Assembly: GCA_965178125.1 (NCBI GenBank)
Contig: OZ237773.1
Span: 124,001 to 188,000, forward strand
Direction: 5' to 3'
Length of the DNA stretch: 64,000 nt
From: Bilabrum cf. latius
Lineage: Eukaryota
In this document: positions 49,301-61,700 of the stretch, one piece after another
How the letters are laid out: each line of letters begins with the position of its first letter
Numbering within the stretch: position 1 is the first letter of the stretch
Program-made: the position numbers and the translations under genes
Notes under the pieces: model-generated
Seen by the model: the letters and a program-made list of their open reading frames with translations, nothing else
Database searches by the model: none
What the model was told of the DNA's origin: nothing

Positions 49301-51894
49301 ATGTGGACAAGTCGGGTATGCGGACGACTACGTGGCACTGACATCGCAATGGAACGAGGCAGTGATGGTCACGAAGCTAGTCAAGAGCCTGTTCGCACTC
49401 GCCGGCATGCAGCTGGGAATCAAACCTCTGACCGCACAGGGCCAGGGGACCAAGACAGCGATGATGGCCTTTGGCTACGCCCGAGACTCAATCCCTGGGG
49501 ACATGCCAGACGGTGTCGCATGCAGAGCAGCGGATGCGGGAGATGCTGAAGGCGAGTGGACCATCCCACTTGCCTCATCTTACCTCTACCTCGGGCTACT
49601 CATCTCAACTCAATCGGTGCGAATCAGCCCAGATGAGACAGTCGGGCTCCTGCAGGCTAGAGACATCTGGGTGATCGACATGGTACCACACGTGCGCAGA
49701 AGGCTTGCTATGGCGTACCGGGCGGCTAGAGATATCACACGTGCGGCGGTTAACGGAAACTGGGCAGTCTCTCTGCACGCTCAGCTGCTGCACGCAGGAG
49801 CGATCACGAGTGCATTCTACGGAGCAGAGGCAGCGGCATGCGCAACAGGATGGGACTGCTTGTCAGGAGTAGGACAAGGTACTGGCATCTTCTACGGGAT
49901 GAAGCTAAACCTAGAAGTCCTCAGGATGCTGGACAAATTCCTGCTGGACATGCGCTGGATGATTGCCAGCGGATCGACGCAGGTAAGGCCATTCTCCATG
50001 GGAGGCCGATATGTGCCAAGCCTTGCGATGAACGCCGAGCTGCTCACTGCAACAGCAGCGGGACGAGTTGCAGTGAGCCTGCTAGATCTGATTGAGTGCC
50101 CCCTGAAGAAGGGCCTTGACGTAGCAGCCAGGTACATGTACCAGGGCCGACACCTGCAGGGACCACCGCTACAGACGGGCCCCCTCGGGGCCGCCCTGGC
50201 ACTGGGATACAGAATCAAGATGCCTGGGCGGATTCTACATGCTGACGACGCGAAGGACTGGCTGGGATACCAGGAGACTGCGAAAAGAGTCACGAAATGG
50301 AGGCGATCCACGTCCGGAGCTGCGGAACGGGCATTCACAAGCCTTAGCCTGGGATGCTCGCACGATCCAGCACTGTCAGACCAAGACCGGGAGCGCGCCG
50401 CGTGCGGAGTGGTGATGGTTAACCGGTTTGCAACGAAAGGACGGAATGCTTTCGGACCAGGAGCCATGGTGACTACAGCTGCAATGCAGGAGTACGGTCA
50501 TCAAGGAAGACGAATCCTGCGCATCCGAGCTGGACAATACCCACAGCAGGGAACGCCCAACCTCCAGGTATCGGGCACCGCGGTAGAGCAGATGGAGCGG
50601 GCTGAGCATGAGCGTCACGCCGAAACGAAGCCGTGGCAACCTGATGCCGGGGATCAGAATAGAGGGAGGTCGCCCGCCTCTCTTCGGAAGGCATGGGCGA
50701 AGACAGCTCTCGCCCTGGATCCCTGGGACGAGAAGCTGGAGCACACCAACAGGGCCTAACCAATCGTCGAAGGCGCGCTCATTCGGATAGAGCGCACGAT
50801 TGCACGGTCCTCGGAACGTACAGCTGTCAAGGTGCTGGCTAACCGAGTGGTGCAGGTGCTCCGAAACCAGCTGCGCCAGCAGGAGCAGCTGACATGCAGG
50901 CAGTGGATGCGTGGTGATGCGGCGGCTGCCTTAGCCGCCACGGCCACGCAGGAGCTGATAGCGGCAACCAATGCCAACGCCCGACTACAGCGACGGATTT
51001 TCAAGCCCCACGGCTTGCTAAAGGATATAGAGAGGCAATGGGCCAAAGGCATGAGCGCGTGCATGCTCGCCTCTCTGAAGGACCGTGAGACGCAGAGACG
51101 GTCATGGAGGAGGAAATGGTGGGTCTCGACCGGGGACCCTGATGTGGGACTGGACCGCGCCTTGTGCCGGGCACACGCTCCGCACCTGTACGCTTTCTCC
51201 TTGTGAAGGCAACAGGCTGGGGGCCTGTGGGGGACCACACTGATGGCGAAGAATGGGAACTCGGCGGTATAGGCTGAGAACGGGGGGCCTTTGGCCTGAA
51301 AGGGTCGGGGGTCTTGTAGTTCTTTGTTTTAGGGCTCCTCTGGATCTAGGTGATCACCCAAACCCCCTCGGGGGCGACGGTGCATCTGGGTGTTTATGGA
51401 ATCTTTACCCAACAATGTATTTCTGTATTTCTGTATTTCTGGAATGACGGCCCGGGACTTACCAGACTTCAAGCTTCAGCTGCAATGGCCTAAACCACCT
51501 AAGCTCCACCCTGGGGACCCATTTCCCCCTGGGGAGCGTCAGCATTCACGTTCCCTCCAGCGCCCGCTGCCGGCACCCCGTCCTGCTGCCCGTTCTGAGC
51601 CAACCCTGCCTTGACGTTGGCGATCGCCACGGCGAGGTTGTTGTTTTCGGCTGCCCCTACAGCCAGGTTGGCAAAGTCCTCCCGGACCGCCCTTGCGAGC
51701 GCCTGTTTGGCCTTCGCCGAACTGCCGGACTGGTCAGAATTGTACAGTGTTCATTTACCTTTCACGATTAAACCAGATCCGTTGGTGGCCACAAATTTCT
51801 TTCTCCCACTCTTTCGGCAACCCCTAGAATCCCGTGACTATACGCGATCCATAGGTCAAAGGAAACAAACGAGTGAATCGTAGTCTTCTCAAGG

Positions 51895-53211
51895 ATGTCT
51901 TCTGGACGCTCGCGAGTTCGGATACCTAGCCAATCTTCATCAAGGCAGCCACGTTTGGCAACGATGTCCTCGTCGTCGGCTTTGATGCCTTCTACATCGG
52001 CCCTGCTTTCACTTATAGGACCAGCTTCAGATAAGACGGAGGGATCTTTGACTGGACCGCAAGCTGGGTAGAAAAGAAGCCGTGCGGCAGCTGCCGCCGC
52101 AGCCGCCGCAGCAGCAGTTGCTGCTGCGGCGGCGAACGGCTCGCCACCTTCATCGACAAGCCGCCCGGCATCTTCTGCGAAAGTATCTTCGATGAAACCA
52201 CCTCTGGAATGCAAGCGTAGGCGTCTGCAGCACGGAGCGACTTCCATCTGCGACTGTGAAGCTTGCGTGCTGAAACGGTCACAGGATTCACAACCTCCAA
52301 AGGCTGCGAAGGGCGCAAAATCCACTCGAAAAGGCGCGAAGCCGTAGAAGGAGAGGCTAACGACGTGCCCGATATGCGGTAAGGAGTTCGCGTACGCCGG
52401 ATATCTGGACATGCACATTTCAGTGGTTCACAGGAAAGAAAAGAAGCACCAATGCGCCATCTGCGGGAAGCGATTCGGACAGGCAGGCAACCTCAAGACG
52501 CACGTGTCGACCGTCCACAACAAACAGAAGAAGTACGAGTGCACTATTTGCGGCAACAAGTACGGCTCCAAGTATTACCTAGCAAAGCACGTGTCGGTCG
52601 TCCACAACAAAGAAAAGAAGCATCGCTGCACGACCTGCGGCAAGTCCTTCGGTCAGGCAGACAACCTGAGGAGGCATGTTGAAGTCGTGCACCAGGGCCA
52701 GAAAAAGCACCCGTGCAGCATCTGCGGCAAGCGATTCGGCACTGCGAGCTACCTGAAGCAGCACGTCGCCATGGTGCACAACGGGGAGCGCAACCACGAG
52801 TGCCACGTATGCGGCAAGCGATTCGGGCTGGCGGACAATCTGAGGAGGCACATTGAAACGCTTCACAAGGGCCAGGGGACGGGCCAGAGGTCTGCTGAGA
52901 GCGGGTCATCATCTTCAGCTGCATCATCAGCATCAGCATCAGCATCAGCATCGGGATCGGGATCTGGGACCGTGGTTCGATCTGGTGCTGGTGCTGGTGC
53001 CGGTGCCGGTGCCGGTGCCGGTGCCGGTGCCATTCGTGTGGCGCGAGGCAGTGCCCGGGCTGCTGCTACTGGTAGATCTACATAGGGGGGCGATGCATGG
53101 GCAGGTGCGGGCGGAAGAACGGGAACGGGGATGGCGGTGCGGCCGGCAGTGAGCGTTGCTGCCAGGCAAGCCGCAGCTGCAGCAGCGGCCGCTGCCCGAC
53201 GGTCCAAGTGA
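51895..53211 (+). CDS. C2H2 zinc-finger protein with six fingers (438 aa)
   Basis: ATG 51895, 3 TAGs read through, six CxxC-x12-HxxxxH fingers (first CPICGKEFAYAGYLDMHISVVH), Ala/Ser/Gly tracts, TGA 53209-53211. Confidence 0.9.
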
Positions 53212-53361
53212 TATTCATGCCACGAGGTATACGCCGCAGATGCGCAATCCGATACTAGGTCTGTTACTTGCTTGTTTATCCATTACCCAATACCCTTGCT
53301 TTTGTTGATTGACTGCATGCCATGCGTATCGGATCAGATCGGTGGGCCGCACAGGCACGTG

Positions 53362-55689
53362 TCACACCCCACACCTACCTTTCGCCCTGGCAATGCTGCT
53401 ACGAAGCTCCTCAAGGCGGTCCCTATGCTAGCGAACCTTCGCCTTGGTTCGCTGCAGCCTCTCCTGCGCTTCGGCAACGCGACGGGCCCACCTCGCTGGG
53501 TCTGTGCCGGACCTCGTGCTGTGGTCAATGGTCGAACCACCGTGCGCTGCACCCCATGACCCATCATCCTGATCGTTGCCAGGCTCAGACGCAGTCAAGT
53601 CAACGCCTCTGTCACTCGTCACACCTCCACTGACCTCACCATCCGCGTCCTCTTTCTGCTCACCATGCCCCAAACCCAAGGTCGAGGCAGTCGCAGCGGC
53701 TGCGGCTGCTGCAGCTTCTACGCTCGTCATACCGGGCAACAGCCATGAGACTCTGTCCAACCAATCCACCCGAGGGTCCACGCCTGGCCTTGTTCCGGTA
53801 TTCCCGGCAGCATCTGCCCCCGCATACCCTGCGCGCCCCTCGCTTGTCTACGCTTCGCTGGCTGGTGCAGGCTCCGGCACAGGCACCGGCACAGGCACCC
53901 CCTCTTCCTGTGCCACTCGGAGCCAATTTGATTCGTCCCCGGCCGCTACGAGGAGACTACCAGCAGGAATCGCAGCCGCGTGAGAACCGCTCTGGCTCAA
54001 TCCACCGGTGGATTCAGCAGCGCCCTCAACGCCGCCGCCGCCGCCCCACACGGGAGCTAGACCAGCCGCCTCGTCTGCGCCGGCATCACTTTCATCGTTG
54101 GTACTAGCAGCAGCACCCGAGCTCCAGCCATTTAATTCGGCTCTGGACTACACCTGGATGCCTAGGGCACTAAGAAGCGGGCGAACGTCCCCGAGATCGT
54201 TCCATGCCTCTGTCTCGCGACCCTGGTCACCAGTCGCAATCGATGCCTCGCCAGAATCGAGGATCGATCGGAGCCGGAACGCCGCCGCACCCGCGCGCCT
54301 GTGGGCCTCTTGGCGCTTTCGACGAGCAGTCCGGGTTGCACGCTGCGCACTCGTCACACCCGTTTCCACGCGTGCCCCGCTGGCTGCCAGCGACAATGCA
54401 ACGGACTGCAAGGCCAGTCGAGGCGCCGCGCGATCACTTGCGGAACCTGACTCGTATATAACTCCCGGATAGGATGGTGTCTTCCAGGGAACAACGCACC
54501 GCGCAGCTTCCTCAATGGATGCGTGCCGAGAAAGGGTGCGGGCGGCCAACAGCTGCAGCTGGTGCCACAGTGGACCCAGGATCGCCCGCGACGAACGTTC
54601 TCCGAGGGCTCGGGGATCTGCTCCAGACCCGAGCTGCCCCGATTCCACAGCCACTGGGATACGCCCCTTCGCCACGAGCAGTCGAGATGCCTCACTGTGC
54701 TCCGATCGCATGGAAACGCGCTCAGCCGCGGCTCGTTGCTGCCCATGCACGGCTCGCTGCCGCCGTGCCACCGCGCGAGATATGCCCGCGGCGAGTTGGT
54801 CGCAACTTTGGGCCAGATCGGTCCGGCTCATCATGGCCGCGTGGATCCTTGGGTCGCTCGGCGCCGCGCCTTGCGGAACCAAGCCGAAGGGCAGCGTGGC
54901 CGTCGACCCTCCCCTGCCACCAGGCAAAGCCCCCTGGTTCGGATCGGATCGCTTGAAGCCGCGCCGTCGTTGCTGCTTCTACCTTGTAGGTGCATTCATA
55001 CCTACCCCGGCTCTAAGTGATGTTTCTCGCTTTCCTTGTTTGCCCCGATCTCGCCCACTCAGTCTGCTAGATCTATGTTTGTTCGTGAGCCGCTTGCGTT
55101 GCTGCGCCCCGCTATGCCCGTCGCGAGTAAGGCTACCACTCGGCGAGCTGGCTCGCTATTTCACGGCAAGACTTCTCTCGTCACTTATTTCGGTCTGGCT
55201 ATAGTGCTGAATTTCGTTGGTGCCGTCGGCCAAGCGAATACCACCACCTGCCCTGCCGCTGTACAGCCTGTCTGCTGCGGTTCCAAACAGAACGCTCGCA
55301 TCGCTATCGGATCCCGATGCGTCTTGACTAGTATTACTGCTCAGAACGTACTCGCCAGTCTAGTTTGGTGCATATCCTGCTTGCATTGCTCGAGAACTTG
55401 CACCAACGGACCTGAACTTGTTTGTCTCTTCAATAGCCCCATTTCTCCCGCCTGATCCTGAGCTACGACCATGACCTGGGTTTAAAACATGTTGGTTTAA
55501 TTCTGACTGATCTTCCAATGGCTCCGAGCTATCAGAAAGCATCTCAGCTAGGTACTATCGAGTTGCAGTTGGGGCGCTCGATGCCGCTTCGCCCGTTGAT
55601 GCACCCCCCTGAAGCTGCTTTCGGATGGAACCTACCAATTCATCAATTGAATTCACGCTCTCCACGTCAGAGTCATTTCCGCTGCTCAT
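53362..55689 (-). CDS. Hypothetical low-complexity/coiled-coil protein (~775 aa)
   Basis: One frame from ATG 55689 (MSSGNDSDVESV...) through 7 TAGs, joining ORFs 55360, 54148, 53848 and 53428, to TGA 53362. A terminal intron near 53376 is possible. Confidence 0.7.
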
Positions 55690-55788
55690 TGCTCAAATGT
55701 TTCGTAGTTTGGCTGGTGGTGCCAGTCTTCATCTTCGAATCATCATGATCCTGATTGATGCTTGTTGTTGTAGCAGATGCATTGAGAA

Positions 55789-58700
55789 TTACCTGTATTG
55801 CGCATTCAACAAACCCCTTGCGATCAGCCCGCCAGCCGCCCCAAGCATCAGCACCCTCTCCAGCTCATGCCGCAGCCCCGAGGCAGCCCCTATAGGCATG
55901 CCTGCACCTGCACCAATGCGCTAGCCAAACACGCGAAGCACAGCTGGATGCTTGTCCAGAAGATCCTTTGCCTCCTACTCATTGAGCAAATTGGAACTGT
56001 CTCCGCCGATGTTGCTGCTGTTATCCACTGCCAGTGGAAGCCTAGAGCCGCCTAACAGCCGGTGCAGTTGACTAACGCTTGCCAGTGGTTGGGCCCTGGC
56101 GTTGCCGACAGATGATGTGCTCGCATGCCCCCGAGCACTTGCTCCGCTAGTTTTGCTCGCCTCTTCGATACCATTGCCGATGCCAGCCGCTGTCCGAATC
56201 GACTCATCCAAAGCAGGCCACACCACTCCGGGATATCGAGCATTCAGGCTCCGAATCGCAGAGATGCACTCTGCTCTTGAGAGCACCGGCACCTACTCAG
56301 ACCCGAAATGAGACGCAGAGCTGCCCCCTCTGCTCCCTCTACCACCGCCAAGCAGCATGCGCGCCAGCCACGCAGCCACATCGAAGACCCGCCGGAGATC
56401 GACAACATCCGTTACGCTACCCATACTGCCCACCACAACGGCTGAGTCGCTGTTCCAAACTGCACGCAACAACGAGATATCGTTCGGAGGCGCCCAGTGC
56501 AGGAAGCCAGGCACCGAAGCAGCGCCAGAGGCGAAGGGCTACGGGGAAGGCGGACTCCGGCCGAAACCCGCACTTCCGGATTTCAGTGGCGTTGACTTGC
56601 TGCTCCGGGTCCCGCTGGTAGCCCAGCTGCCTTCAACATCGATGAGGTCGGCTGAGACAGACTCAGTTTGACCGAGTCCAGCAGCAGTGGCTAATGCGCT
56701 GCACGCCATGGAGGCCCACTCGGGTGGCACGCCGATAGACCCCGACGCAGCAGCTGGGATTCCTCCATCACCATCAACACCCATGGCAGCGGCACCTGCC
56801 CGCACCACGTCCGTCGCCCACTTGTACCCGACGAATCCACCGAACGTTCCATCGTCGCCCTCGTCACACCGCTCAGGCAGCGGCAGCCGCACCACACCCC
56901 CAGACCGCTCAGACGCCCCCACCACCCGAACCAGCGAGCGTGGCAGTGCCCCAGGGAACACGACGAGGTCGAGGAGGCAGCACGCGCGGGCAAGGCGCAC
57001 GAGAAGCACCAGGGGCACGGCAGCGTGAGCGAAGGGGATAGGGTCGTCGGGCAGAGCTAGGAGAGCGTTGCCGCAGCCGTCCAGGCACTTGGCCATGGAG
57101 CGAAGCAACGGGGCAAGGGCGGCGCGCATCGCAGCCTCGGCTGCTGCGTGGGAGCACGATCGTGCAATGCACCTTATCGCGTGCACCATTCGCGCAGGAG
57201 CCACCGACGGCTTCGGGAGCTCCTGGATGCCAGGGAACAACGATCCTGGGTGAGAGTGCGGCGACAGTCCATCGTCAGCACCGGCACCATCGCCTGCTTT
57301 GTTGCTGCCCTTGCGCCGCTTTGATTTGCCGGCTTGAGGCCTTTGACCCGATGGCCCGCTCGCTCGGCCGCTGTTGCTTGGCTAATCGTCTTGGTTCGGC
57401 TAGTAATCCTCGTCACTGTCGGCAGTGGCTCGCTACTAAGGAATGATCCACGAACCCGCTGCCCCCATTGTTGCAGTACCAGAGCCGTTAGGTGCGCCCA
57501 CTGCGCTGCCCCACTCCTGCTGAGCCACTTGAGCCCGGTCCGCGCCCGCCGTCGGCCGCTCCACCGATGCTTCTGCGCTGCTTGCATTGCCACTGCTACC
57601 CCCTTTGCTGCCTACATCCTCATCCTCATCGTCGTCCTCATCACCATCGTCATCCTCATCGTCATCCTCATCGCCTCCGCCGTACCGCGAGGGACGGGTC
57701 ACACGCCTGCCAGCCCGTCGAGTGAACGTTCGTTTTGGCAAGGGAACCGAGGACTCGGAGTCCTAAACCAGCAGGAAGGCCTGGCTCGCCGCCGCCGACA
57801 GCGCGCACGCGATGCGAGCGACGTCCCCTGCTGCCGAGTCTTCCTCCACAGAGCTGCCGCCTGCAGCAGCGGCGAACGATGCCCTTCTGGACATCGCGCG
57901 GCCGCTACGGCTGCGGGCCCACGCTACCGCAATGCAGTGCACCTTGACGAGCAGCCGGCTCGACTGTTCCCTCACGAGAGAGAGCAGTGCCCCGCGGCCC
58001 GAGCCCACCCAGCCGAGCCACGCCTGCCTCGTCGCGACTTCCACAGCCTGCGCAAGGGCCACCCAATCCACCGGTGGACTCGCCGATGCACGGCCCGCGG
58101 CTCTCCGCCCTCGCAACGAGGACGAGGCTGCTGCCACTTGCTCAGCGGCACTCGTCACAGTAGCCACGGCTCCACGCAGCGCAGCCACGGCTGGGTTCGC
58201 TTTGAGCTTGAGCAGGGAGGCGCCGTCCCGACCGCATGCAGCTGCCTGCAGCAGAAAGAGCTGGCCAGTGCGCGCGATGCCTGCCCTTACCTGGTGCACA
58301 AGCGCGGTCTGGCCAACGTGAGAAAGCTCCGAGGTATCTCCCACAGCACTGCGAGAGTCTGCCATAGTGAGCTAGGGCTAGTGCTGACTCCGAGTTCTGC
58401 GCCCGTGCGATGGGTTCGAATCAGCTGGTCCGCTGCAGCAGCCAAGCACAACCAGCCGCCCAAGCCCCTCCAGCAGCATCATCCCTTCAGGAGTCGTGAC
58501 AGCCTGGCTCTTGACAGACACGGAAACAGCTGCCGACGGCATACTCGAACCAGAGGGGTTGTCAGTAGCGTCGGTACCAAACGATGCAGACGAGGAATTC
58601 CCGTCTCCGTCCACTCCGCTGCCAGCACTGTCGGTCTCGGGATCAAGACCCAGACGCACCCGCTCCCTGTCTCGCTTTTCTTTTTTCTTTCGTAAATCTG

Positions 58701-61700
58701 CCACCCAAGCTGTCTCAATGGGTGTGACGAATGCACCGTGCAGGACGGATGCGGCCAGCTCCGGCAGCAGCGTCGGGAAAATGCTGGAAATATTGACGTT
58801 TGACGTGGAGAGAGCGCCTGCGCTTTGGCCTTGCTACGAATCGCCAGTGCTTGCTTCCTTTGCACCTGTTGCCGTTGCGACAATCTCGCCTCCTGCCGCC
58901 ACCAGGCACTGACGAAGCAAGGCCGCAAGAAGCTGTGCCTTGCCTTTAGCCATCGCTCCTCGATCTATAGTAGAACTCGTCACGCCATTACCCGCCCCGC
59001 TAGTGCCGTCATCTATCCCACCCAGGAGAAATGCTTCAATGCCATCTGCGATTGTCCTGTGCTGTACCGCTTGCTGTGAGAGTCCAGACGACGACAAGCC
59101 GTCACCGCTAGGTTTGCCGCCCCTGTTGCCAGAGGCCTTCTTCCCACTTTTAGAGCACAATGCATCGATCTTTTGTAGCTGTTCCTCGATTGCCCGTGAC
59201 AGAGCCGTTGGTGACCAGCGCTGCAGCGCCCGAATCCGCTTGATGTTCTGGCGGTACAAGGGCACGTCGGACTGCAACCTGTGGTTGGCTGCTACCCCTG
59301 TCGGGCCGTCGGCAACATTCATCGGAGCTGGGCTCGCTTTCTGGAGCTCAACGGCTAGTTGGTGCGACATTGTGCCGAGCAACGTGGAAACGCTGCTGCT
59401 GGCATACAGCAGCTGAGACCTGGGGGTGCTGCCGCTAGTGCTCGGAGATCCTGCCTGCTCGGCTCCTGCGGCCGCTGACGCTGCTGCCGCTGAGATCTTC
59501 GATCGCAACCCAGTCGCACGATCACTCGTCATCATGCCAACCAGAGCAGCTCCTGCGGCCCGGACTACCCAGGAACTGGCTCGCAACGAACCCGTGTAGT
59601 CGTGACGGGTCGCAGCCAGTACCAAATGCGCGGCGAGCTGCAGCGGAACCAACTCATGCGCACTCGCCACACGTGTCATTTTCTTCGTGTCGCTCCTTGC
59701 TGTACGACCTGCCTGAGGTATGGTTGTTGCCATCGCTGGCTACCCAGCCGAGGAAGAAGACGAGGATATGGAGGAAGACGACGAGGACTGCGGTGCTGCC
59801 GACACATTGGAACTCAAAGCTGGCTATTCCAAGGTAGACGAGTGCGACTGCAGCGCATTGTAAGTTCCGCGACTAGCGTCCACTGCTTCGAGCACGGCAT
59901 CGGCAAGAGCATGACCCGCGGATGACGTCAGCGCCAACCGGTCCGCAAGCGCTGCAACTGGCTGGAGCAAGCCACCGGTGCTGCCTCCGCTGCTGCTCGC
60001 CTGCTTCACCATCGCCCTACCTGATGCAGAAGTCCTGCCAGTACCAACAGCTCCACTCATAGCTGGTTGTACATCTGACCGTAGTGCACCAGTGCCATGC
60101 CTCAGGCCAGCACTGCGGTCGCTCCTGGATCCTCCCAGCACGGCTTGTGCCATGAGCGCGTCGGCCACATCGAGCCCTACTCCAGTGGATCGCTCCATGC
60201 AAGCAGCAAGCACCGCGCGCCAGCCCGAGGACAGCACTCTAGCGCTCCGATCGGTTGAGGCATCACCTGCGCCGCCTTGTGAGGCAACATCACCATCCTC
60301 GATTGGAGCCAACGCGCACGCGCCGGCCAGAGCACCCGACCACAGGCCCAGGCGTCGCAGGGCAGACGCATGCTCAAGCCCCTCCTTGCCCTGCACGCCC
60401 GCTTCAAGCGAGAGGTCTCGCAGGTTGCAAACCCGCAGCGCCACTGCAGCCGCCTCAGTGCATCGCACAAGGACGGACCCCGCCACCGATGATCCCTCGG
60501 TCACCTGTGCTCGTCCGGCCCCCGGTCCTGCATGATTGAAGCAGCTGACGGCGTACAGAAAGAGGCTTTGCAGCGGGGAAGAAAGCGATGCTTTGACGCA
60601 TGCAACGACCCGAAATGCCTCGCGCTGCAGCCTTGCGAGCCCTGCTTCACCTGCAGCTGCAGCCTATGAGGAGGCAGCTGACGACGGCTGTGGCGGATCC
60701 GAAGCGTCAGAACAGCCCTGCATAGCGGATCGCACCGCACTTGCCACACCCCCGGGTGCCACGGACCTACCCGAAAGCAAGCGATGCAACAACGTAGCAG
60801 CTGTGCCTGCCACGAGGTTATCCGAAGCCTTCGTCTATCGGAGTGATTCTGTGGTTGCAGCTCTGTCCGTTTCGTCATCGTCATCATCATCGTGCATGGC
60901 AGTCTGGGACGTCTGCCTCGACGCTGCGGCCGCGGCTGCAGCGCCAAGCACCCTTGACCCTATCTTCTCCATGGCGCTCCGAGTGGGAGTCACGATGTCC
61001 AAAAACGTGAGCTCGACAGTCCGTAGGATGCTCTCAATGTCGCGGCTCATCTGAATGGCACGGATAGTTCGGTTGCGGCGCTTCCGATCTGCTGTAGGCC
61101 GGGGCCTTGCGGTGTGCAGCACTGCACGAGTCACCAGCAGCAGCACGCCGGGGTCACATCTTGGGAGGGCTCCCAGCACAGACTCGAGAGTGGTGTCAAT
61201 TGATGCTACGTCGCTGCTTCCCGACGCTGCCTGCTGCAGTGCGTTGCACCCGGCCACTTGCCGCAATCTCGCAGCCAGCCGTGTCTGCAGCTGCCCCATC
61301 ACTCCAGTGCTTCTATCATCGCCACCTCCTGCGCTGTTTGGATATTCAGACCCACTGTCATGGCCGGGTTGTACATCCCCGCCCCTCCCGCACGCGACTA
61401 GGAGAGGACACACCATGTGGTCAGGCACCCCCTCGAGGGCCCTGGCATCGCGCGCAACGGCTTGTAGCACCCACCCGGGGATATCCGCAGAACCACTGGA
61501 CACGGAGCTGCCGATGGCGGCCTCGACAAGCACAGCCTTGTCGGCTGCTTTCGGCTCGGTGCTACCTGCACTGCCACACTTGTGGTCTAAATCTCGGATC
61601 AGCCTCGCCAGTATAGACTGCTGCATCTGCCACTCGTGCTCCTCGGGCTGCGATACAGAAAACATACATTGGACCATACGGTGCAGCGCACGGTGCTGCT

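Larger units (their letters stand above)
39007..51443 (+). mobile_element. Non-LTR retrotransposon (APE-RT LINE), probably 5'-truncated, interrupted at 40472-47049
   Basis: APE motifs RIATKNL, PDVFIGTE and HGVCIAVK (40190-40470) continue as IAGDFN, GNTLDAI and YSDH (47050-47510). RT motifs KAVGPDGI, QAGFR, FFDIKGAFD, GTPQGEILSP and YADD. 8-bp repeat tail. In-frame TAA at 50757; ORF ends TGA 51204-51206. Confidence 0.93.

Noticed and set aside
38454-51443. 550-bp terminal direct repeats as LTRs or Penelope pseudo-LTRs
   Set aside because: The repeat is the coding 3' end plus tail of an APE-type LINE with synonymous divergence. No integrase, PBS or GIY-YIG domain is seen.
57334-58695. 453-aa plus-strand ORF and similar long overlapping ORFs
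   Set aside because: Antisense shadows of GC-rich coding sequence with Arg/Pro-rich, non-protein-like composition.
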